Assembly: GCA_963831685.1 (NCBI GenBank)
Contig: CAWHRJ010000004.1
Location: 448,812-512,811 of the forward strand
Length of the DNA stretch: 64,000 bases
Direction: 5' to 3'
DNA from: an uncultured Pseudomonadota bacterium
GTDB taxonomy: Bacteria > Myxococcota_A > Polyangia > Fen-1088
Both the position numbers and the translations under genes were made by a program. Of the stretch, positions 58,073-64,000 are shown in pieces. Each line of letters opens with the position of its first letter. Position 1 is the stretch's first letter. Below the pieces are notes generated by a model that ran no database searches, had not been told where the DNA came from, and saw only the letters and a list, made by a program, of their open reading frames with translations.

Positions 58073-59578
58073 TCAATCAGGAAGCGGCTCCACGCTGTAC
58101 CCCTCCATGCCCATCTCTGGTACATCGAGCCCGATGGTCTCCGTGTGGGACGACACCCGGTTCCCGACCAGCGCGCCGGTGATCCGGAGCGCCACCCAGG
58201 TCACGACCCCGACCCACAGGACGTTCGCCAGGAGGCCGACGCACTCGGCGACGAACTGCGACGGATCGCCGTAAAACAGACCGCGCACCGGCCCCGCCAC
58301 GCCGTTCCAGCCGTCGCCGTACCGGCCGTCGGCGAACAGGCCCAAGGAGATGATCCCCCAGGCGCCGCAGGTCCCGTGCACCGACGACGCGCCGACCGGA
58401 TCGTCGATCTTGAGCACGTTCTCGATGAACATCGCCGACACGACGACCAGCACCCCCGCCACGAGGCCGATGAAGATCGCCGCCGGCGCCGTCACGAACG
58501 CGCAGGGGGCGGTGATGGCGACCAGCCCGGCCAGCATCCCGTTGCAGAGCATGCTCACGTCGGGCGTGTCGAAGCGCAGCTTCATGTAGAGGTAGGCGCC
58601 GAACGCGCCCGTCGCCGAGGCGAGCATGGTGTTCACGGCGATGACCGCGATGTGCGTGTCGGTCCCCGACAGCGTCGATCCCGGGTTGAAGCCGAACCAT
58701 CCGAACGCGAGGATGAACGTCCCGAGCACCGCCATCGGGATGTTGTGCCCGGGGATCGGTCGGGCCTTCCCCGCGGCGTCGTACTTCCCGTGGCGCGGGC
58801 CCATCACCTTGGCGCCGACCAGCGCGGCCACGCCGCCCACCATGTGGACCACCGAGCTGCCGGCGAAGTCGACGTGCCCGTGTCCGAGCCCGAAGTTGTG
58901 TCCCAGCTGCGCCAGCCAGCCGCCGCCCCAGACCCAGTTGGCGTAGATCGGGTACATGACCGTCGACAGGATGAAGCTGAAGATCACGAACGAGGTGAAC
59001 TTCCATCGCTCGGCCATGGCGCCGGTCGGAATCGTGGCCGCCGTGTCCATGAACACCATTTGAAACAAGAAAAGCGCGGCGACCGGCGCCGTGTAGACCG
59101 CGGGCGAGAGGAAGAAGCCGCGCATGCCGAAGATGCCGAAGGCCTTGCCGCCGATCTGGATGACCATCTCGCTCGACAGTGTCGGGTCGTTGCCGAAGGT
59201 GGACATCGCTCCCACGCCGCCCATCTGCAGCGCGAACCCGAACGCCCAGAAACCGATGATCCCGATCGCGTAGACCAGGAAGTTCATCCCCATCGTGTGG
59301 GCGACGTTCTTGGCCCGCGTCAGCCCCGTCTCGACGAGCGCGAAGCCCGCCTGCATGAACATCACCAGGAATCCGGTGACCAGCGTCCAGACGATGTTCA
59401 GCGCCGTCTGGCCGGACAGCACCAGCTCGCGCGTCTCCGAAAGATTCTTGGACAGCTCTGCGAGATTGGAATCCAAACTGTGACCCTGTTCCACGTTCGC
59501 AGAAGAACGGTCAAGGTGACGTTTCCGGGACGCCAGAATTCGGTTGCAGTCGTGCGACGATTCGCCGACGGGCGGCAA
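58073..59578 (-). CDS. amtB: Ammonium transporter AmtB (start codon uncertain)
   Basis: FMQAGFALVETG, AVDFAGSSVVHMVGG, GWFGFNPGS and the twin-His context are present. TTG at 59578 sits 7 nt after GGGAG. Alternative starts are GTG 59494 and TTG 59476. Confidence 0.9.
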   Translation of the reverse strand: MPPVGESSHDCNRILASRKRHLDRSSANVEQGHSLDSNLAELSKNLSETRELVLSGQTALNIVWTLVTGFLVMFMQAGFALVETGLTRAKNVAHTMGMNFLVYAIGIIGFWAFGFALQMGGVGAMSTFGNDPTLSSEMVIQIGGKAFGIFGMRGFFLSPAVYTAPVAALFLFQMVFMDTAATIPTGAMAERWKFTSFVIFSFILSTVMYPIYANWVWGGGWLAQLGHNFGLGHGHVDFAGSSVVHMVGGVAALVGAKVMGPRHGKYDAAGKARPIPGHNIPMAVLGTFILAFGWFGFNPGSTLSGTDTHIAVIAVNTMLASATGAFGAYLYMKLRFDTPDVSMLCNGMLAGLVAITAPCAFVTAPAAIFIGLVAGVLVVVSAMFIENVLKIDDPVGASSVHGTCGAWGIISLGLFADGRYGDGWNGVAGPVRGLFYGDPSQFVAECVGLLANVLWVGVVTWVALRITGALVGNRVSSHTETIGLDVPEMGMEGYSVEPLPD

Positions 59579-59631
59579 ACTTTTGCTCCCGCGCTGGCGC
59601 TCGAGTCGCCGTGCCGACGTTGCGCGACGGC

Positions 59632-61013
59632 CTAGTCGTCGGCGGGATGCTTGACGATGGCCAGCGCGGCGTTGGCGTCGCGGACCTCGCGGGGAGCGCT
59701 CTCGGTCGGCGGCGCGGGGACGGCGAGGGCGGGCATCAGATCGGCGATGGTCACCCCGGCGATGCGGCGGCGGCGCCCCTCATCGAGCTCGTCGACCAGG
59801 CTCTGCAGCGCCGGGGAGGTCGCGCCACCGTGCGCGATCTCGATGTCGGTCGAGCGGAACACCGCCAGCACGTCGTCGAGCGGGATCGCCCCGGCCGCCC
59901 GCCCGGGGATGTAACCGTTGAGGTCGCCGTGCACCTCGGCGATGAGGCCGCGCGCCTTGAGCCGGTTGACGATCCGCTCGACGATGTCGGGCGTGAGGCC
60001 GAACTCGGTGGCCAGCCGCTCCTTGGGGTAGCCCGGCGCCCGCCGTCTCGTGCGTCGCCGCGACCGCCGCCAGGAGCTGCGCGGCGAGCAGGCCGTTGAT
60101 CGGCTCGTCGTCGCGCTGCCGGCGATCCTCCGCCTCGAGCAGCCGCAGGTTCTGCAGCGAGTGCGCGATCTCCGCGCCCAGCAGCACCAGCAGCCAGGAC
60201 GGTGTAGATCCAGACCAGCACCAGCGGCACGAGGCCGAGCGGGCCGTACACGCCGCTGTAGCTCTTGAGCATGATCTGCTGCGGCGAAGCGGACGAAGAC
60301 CAGCTTGACCAGCCTCGAGCAGGAACGCCGTGACCAGCGCCGCCGCACGATCGCCGCGCGACCAGTCGACGTTGGTGCGCGGCAGGAGCTTGTTCATCAG
60401 CACCAGCGCCAGGAACTGCGATCAGAACGGCGCGAAGAAGCGCGACACGGCGCCCGACTCGACGAGCCGCCCGGACCAGTAGAGCGAGAACGCCCGCCAG
60501 CGTCGGCAGCAGCGTGACCATCGCGTAGAAGGTCAGGAACTTGCCGATCATCGTGCGCCGCTGACCGACGCGCCAGATGTCGTTGAAGATCCGCTCGACG
60601 GTGGCGTAGAGCGAGTAGCAGGTGACGAGGTGAAGATGAGGCCGCCGCCGCCGAGCGCGCCGATGCTGACCTTGCCGGCGAACTACTGGATCTGCTCGGT
60701 GACGTCGGACATGCGCGGGAAGACGTGCTCGGCGAAGAACTGCAGGAGGCGCGACTGCGGCGTCGAGCGAGCCGACCGCGCGCAGGATCGAGAACGCGAT
60801 CGCCGTGACCGGCACCAGCCACAGCGCCGTCTGGAAGGCGAGGGCGGCCGCCTGCTGCGGGCACTTGTCGCGCGCCCACTGCGCCAGGATGCGGATCGAG
60901 AGGCGGTAGACGAAGATCGCGGCGCGTGCCCGACGCGACAGGCGCATCGTCGCGGCGGCCGTGTACGGGTTCGACTCCAGGAAGACCCGGAGCTGGTTGA
61001 ACGTCCGCCGCAT
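59632..61013 (-). pseudogene. YihY/BrkB-family membrane protein with C-terminal winged-helix-like extension, frame broken several times
   Basis: The N-terminus is QWARDKCPQQAAALAFQTALWLVPVTAIAFSIL. Other YihY segments (YATVERIFNDIWRV..., MIGKFLTFYAMVTLLPTL, VYGPLGLVPLVLVWIYTVL) lie in different frames. The C-terminus is ERLATEFGLTPDIVERIVNRLKARGLIAEV. Confidence 0.7.
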
Positions 61014-61033
61014 CCCTCGGAATCGTATCAGTT

Positions 61034-61054
61034 CGGGACCCTGAGAGGGTCCCG
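61034..61054 (-). promoter_or_regulatory. Perfect 9-bp/3-nt-loop palindrome (minus strand: CGGGACCCT-CTC-AGGGTCCCG) between the lipase stop and the yihY start
   Basis: Read directly from the sequence. It sits 20 nt upstream of the ATG at 61013 and 21 nt downstream of the stop at 61076. It has the same ACCCTCTCAGGGT core as 5035-5057. Confidence 0.55.
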
Positions 61055-61075
61055 CTCGCCCCGGTCGACGCGCAA

Positions 61076-62095
61076 CTAACGCAGGGCGCGCAGGATCGCG
61101 TCGAAGACGGCCTGGGTGCGCACCATGTCCCGGTGGCGGGTGACCGGCAGCTTGACCACCTCGGGCTCGGCCCCCGCCCAGGCGTGCGCCGCTCCGACGG
61201 CGATCGTGCCGTCGCCGTCGCCGATCGCCGCCGGCGGCAGCCCCGCCAGCCGACCCTCGCCGGGGAGTCGCGCGCGCCCCTTCTCGACGACGATCCGCAC
61301 CTGCGTCGGCAGCCCGGTGCCGCAGATGCAGACCAGGCGCCGCGGCGCCGCCGCGCCGTCGAGCACACGGTAGAGCTCGCGCACCGCGGCCAGGCGCTGC
61401 CGGACGACGTCGGTCCAGACCGGATCGTCCGGCTGTCGGCGGAACACCGACAGCCGCAGGCGCCGCCAGGTCTCGACATCGTAGAGGTCGTAGCCGGCGT
61501 CCTCGGGGAGAAAGCCGGCCCCCGCCGGCTCGGGGATCGAATCGAGCCCGCCCGGGCAGGACATGAACTCCTCCGGCGTCACCCGCCGCCCGAGCGGCGC
61601 GAAGCGAAACCCGGCGTCGAAGCAGGCGACCGTCTCGATTGTCCCGGCGTGGGCGCCCCCCGACGTCACCACCCGCTCGACCGGCAGCTCCCGGTCGGCC
61701 GCGTAGGCGGCGCGCACGATCGGCCCGCCGTTCGAGAGGCCCAGGATGTCGATCTCCTCGCCGGCGCTGGCCGCGATCCGCCGCACCTCCGCCGCCAGCT
61801 CGACGCCGAGGCCGACCACCGGCTGCCGCCAGTCGTAGGTGAAGAAGTGGAGCGTCTGCCCCGGCCGATACCCCGCGCCGACGAGCGCCCGCTCGAGCTT
61901 GCCGACGAGATCGTACGTCAGGCCGAAGGGCAGGGGGATGCCGCGCAGGAGCCCCTTCGCCCCCCCGCGCACCCCGCCGAGCGCGCCGATCGGCGGCCCA
62001 CCGTAGAGCTGCGCGAACCGCCCCCAGATGAAGCCGAGCTTGTCATCGTGGATCTCGGTGCAAAAGAGCCCCGGGACGACCAGCAAGGGACGCAA
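61076..62095 (-). CDS. LCAT/PGAP1-like alpha/beta-hydrolase (lipase/acyltransferase); start uncertain
   Basis: It has FFTYDWRQ (LCAT-type motif) and the nucleophile elbow GLSNGG. The upstream part of track ORF 61076..62464 is R/P-rich junk. A possible TTG start at 62095 gives LRPLLVVPGLF. Confidence 0.7.
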   Translation of the reverse strand: MRPLLVVPGLFCTEIHDDKLGFIWGRFAQLYGGPPIGALGGVRGGAKGLLRGIPLPFGLTYDLVGKLERALVGAGYRPGQTLHFFTYDWRQPVVGLGVELAAEVRRIAASAGEEIDILGLSNGGPIVRAAYAADRELPVERVVTSGGAHAGTIETVACFDAGFRFAPLGRRVTPEEFMSCPGGLDSIPEPAGAGFLPEDAGYDLYDVETWRRLRLSVFRRQPDDPVWTDVVRQRLAAVRELYRVLDGAAAPRRLVCICGTGLPTQVRIVVEKGRARLPGEGRLAGLPPAAIGDGDGTIAVGAAHAWAGAEPEVVKLPVTRHRDMVRTQAVFDAILRALR

Positions 62096-62160
62096 GGTCG
62101 GGACACGGTAGCAGACGCCGGCGGCCGGCCGGCTCGAATTCTTCGTGGCCGGGTGGGGCG

Positions 62161-62190
62161 CGCGCGGCGCAACTTCTGGTCGCGCGGCGC
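62161..62190. repeat. Perfect 10-nt direct repeat CGCGCGGCGC-N10-CGCGCGGCGC in the divergent lipase/bEBP intergenic region
   Basis: The copies are at 62161-62170 and 62181-62190, followed by gagTATTATtcc and the ATG at 62214. Confidence 0.35.
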
Positions 62191-62213
62191 GAGTATTATT
62201 CCCACGAACACGG

Positions 62214-63528
62214 ATGCTGGTACTTGAGCAGAGGGGGGACACGGAGCCCGAAGAGCGGCCGTCGCGCCACGCCGGCAAGCGCGCGGTTCTTCTGGTCGCC
62301 TCGTCCGACGGCTTCCGGATCGTGGCGCCGCTCCCGGCCGGAGGCGCGACGACCATCGGCCGCGCCCCGGGGGACACGCCCGTCACGACCGCCGACGGGC
62401 CTGGCCCGTCGACCCTGCTCCCCGACGGCCTGCTGTCGCGCCAGCACCTGCGAATCGCCCACACGGAGCGCGGCTACGAGGCCGCCGACCTCGAGAGCCG
62501 CAACGGAACGCTGCTGGATGGCCGGCGGCTCGAGCAGCCGACCCGCCTCTCCGAGGGATCCATCCTCCTCTTCGGGAGCTACTCCGGCGTCTTCCGGATG
62601 GTCACCGACGCCGAGCTGGCGGCGCTGCGCCTGGACGCCGACAGCCCCTTCGGCCCGGTCCCGACCTTCTCGCCAGCGCTGGCCCTGACCTACGAGCGCC
62701 TGCGCAAGCTGGCCCGGACCGACACCGAGCTCCTGCTGGCCGGCGAGACGGGGGTCGGCAAGGAGATCTGCGCCCGCGCCATCCACGGCGCGGGCGGCCG
62801 GTCGAGGCGCCTCGGGCCGCGCCGGCGCCCACTCGACCGCCACGCGGGCCAAGCGGGGCCTGGTCGAGGCGGCCGACCGGGGGACGCTGCTGCTCGACGA
62901 GATCGGCGACATGGCACCCGAGCTGCAGGCCAAGATCTTCCGCTTCTTGCAGGACAGGACCTACCTACCGCTGGGAGCGACCAAGGTCCGCCGGGCCGAC
63001 GTCCGCGTCCTGGCTGCCACCACCCGATCCAACATCGGCCCGGCGGGCAATGCCTTGCGCCCCGACCTGGTCGCCCGCCTCGGCGCCGAGCCGACCGTCA
63101 TTCCCCCCTTGCGCCGCCGCGCCGAGGAGGTCGTACCGCTCGTCGCCCACTTCCGCACCGGCGCAGTCCGCAAGATCGAGCCCGCCGCTCTGCGCGCCAT
63201 GGCCCTCTACGCCTGGCCCCTCAACGTCCGCGAGCTGGAGAAGACTCTGGCCAACGCCATCGCCTTGTCATCCGACGGCGAGCTGCTGCTGGAGAACCTT
63301 CCCAGCGCCGTCCGCGGCTCCCTCGAGCGCGGCGCCCCCATCGAGGCGCGCGCCCGCAAGCCCCGCGCGGCACCCGACCGGCACGAGCTGGAACAGATTC
63401 TCAAGCAGCACGAGGGCAACGTCGCCAGCGTGGCGCGGGCCCTCGACCGGAAGTGGAACGTCGTCTGGCGGTGGATGGCGAAGCACGGGCTCCGGCCGGA
63501 GAAGTTTCGGAAGGGGCCGGAGGAATAG
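62214..63528 (+). pseudogene. FHA-domain, sigma-54-activator-like (AAA+/Fis HTH) regulator; frame broken and AAA+ core atypical around 62800-62900
   Basis: FHA: TIGRAPG...LLSRQHLRI...DLESRNGTLLDG. Walker A: GETGVGKE. The protein continues in ORF 62911..63528 with LLLDEIGDM, LQAKIFRFLQD, DVRVLAAT, WPLNVRELE and a Fis-type HTH (GNVASVARALDRKWNVVWRWMAKHG). Confidence 0.8.
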
Positions 63529-63614
63529 AGAGCGGGTCCAGCACAGCCGTGGCGGGAAGTCAGGCGCGGGAAATTGAGATTCCTGAGGTCGGTTGTGGGT
63601 AGGATGCCGGCGAC

Positions 63615-64000
63615 GTGAACGACGAGCGGGACGACGCGGGCTCGCGCGAGAGCGCGACCGCGATCGAGCGGCGGATCCGAACAACGGACAAGCAGGGGAC
63701 GAGCTCGCTGCCGCCGGGCACCGTGCTCGCGGGCCGCTACGAGGTCCGTGCGGTGATCGGGCGTGGCGGGATGGGCCTCGTGGTCGAGGCGTTCGACCGC
63801 ACGCTGGGTGTGACGGTGGCGATCAAGATCGTGCGCGCGGAGCTGGCGGGCGAGCGCGAATGGAGCGAGCGGCTGGCGCGCGAGGTGAAGCTGGCGCGGC
63901 AGATCCAGCACCCGAACGTCTGCCGCGTCTTCGACTTCGCGCACGCGGATGGGCGGGCGTTCCTGATCATGGAGCTGGCGACGGGTGGCACGCTTCGTGA
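63615..64000 (+). CDS. Ser/Thr protein kinase, N-terminal part (continues beyond the window)
   Basis: This is my own translation from GTG 63615; the frame is not in the supplied track. It reads ...YEVRAVIGRGGMGLVVEAFDRTLGVTVAIKIV...EVKLARQIQHPNVCRVFDF...FLIMELATGGTL, with a canonical Gly loop and VAIK Lys. Confidence 0.85.
   Translation, partial: MNDERDDAGSRESATAIERRIRTTDKQGTSSLPPGTVLAGRYEVRAVIGRGGMGLVVEAFDRTLGVTVAIKIVRAELAGEREWSERLAREVKLARQIQHPNVCRVFDFAHADGRAFLIMELATGGTLR

Noticed and set aside
59579-59640. A sigma-54 (NtrC-type) promoter upstream of amtB, as expected for nitrogen-regulated amtB genes.
   Set aside because: I found no GG-N10-GC element with TGGCAC/TTGC character on the minus strand between the yihY stop and the candidate amtB starts. 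Only an SD-like GGGAG was found.

Overview
This is a very GC-rich chromosomal segment with myxobacterium-like protein content. That content includes Cys-rich CGNG..DPGE.CD repeats, many TPR, STPK, FHA and sigma-54 regulators, and lipoproteins. I count about 55 protein genes. I saw no rRNA, tRNA, CRISPR array, transposase or integrase.

Housekeeping backbone:
- bamA-skp-fabZ, with no lpxD or lpxA
- a gldA/F/G-like ABC transporter plus DUF4340 operon
- tilS-ftsH-folP-glmM-pdxJ-nnr
- cysE, lgt-lipA and queD
- a pyruvate/2-oxoacid dehydrogenase set, E1alpha-E1beta-E2 ... lpdA
- amtB

Accessory content:
- two paralogous cassettes, each a TPR membrane-anchor protein followed by Cys-rich lipoprotein(s)
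- a spherulin-4-like protein and a second FFDE-motif TIM-barrel-like secreted protein
- a STAND ATPase-TPR protein
- an MntA/HepT toxin-antitoxin pair
- a Uma2 nuclease and a stand-alone nucleotidyltransferase
- a pseudokinase-GYF protein, PilZ, an RR-EAL protein, and an FHA-type bEBP next to an STPK

Best candidates for something undescribed:
1. amtB is tightly linked to a DUF4388-Roadblock protein and a second Roadblock/LC7 protein, where glnK would be expected.
2. The TPR-anchor plus Cys-rich lipoprotein cassette recurs twice.
3. A palindromic element, GGRACCCT-NNN-AGGGTYCC, recurs three times, each 13-20 nt upstream of a start codon.

Major caveat: several blocks contain many reading-frame breaks inside otherwise well-conserved genes, some of them normally essential. 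The blocks are about 18.2-24.0 kb, 38.3-42.4 kb, 52.5-53.9 kb and 59.9-62.9 kb, plus a few isolated sites. About 17 kb at the left end is clean. I interpret these breaks as consensus indel errors rather than biology, but I cannot prove that from the sequence alone. Coordinates of disrupted genes are approximate.
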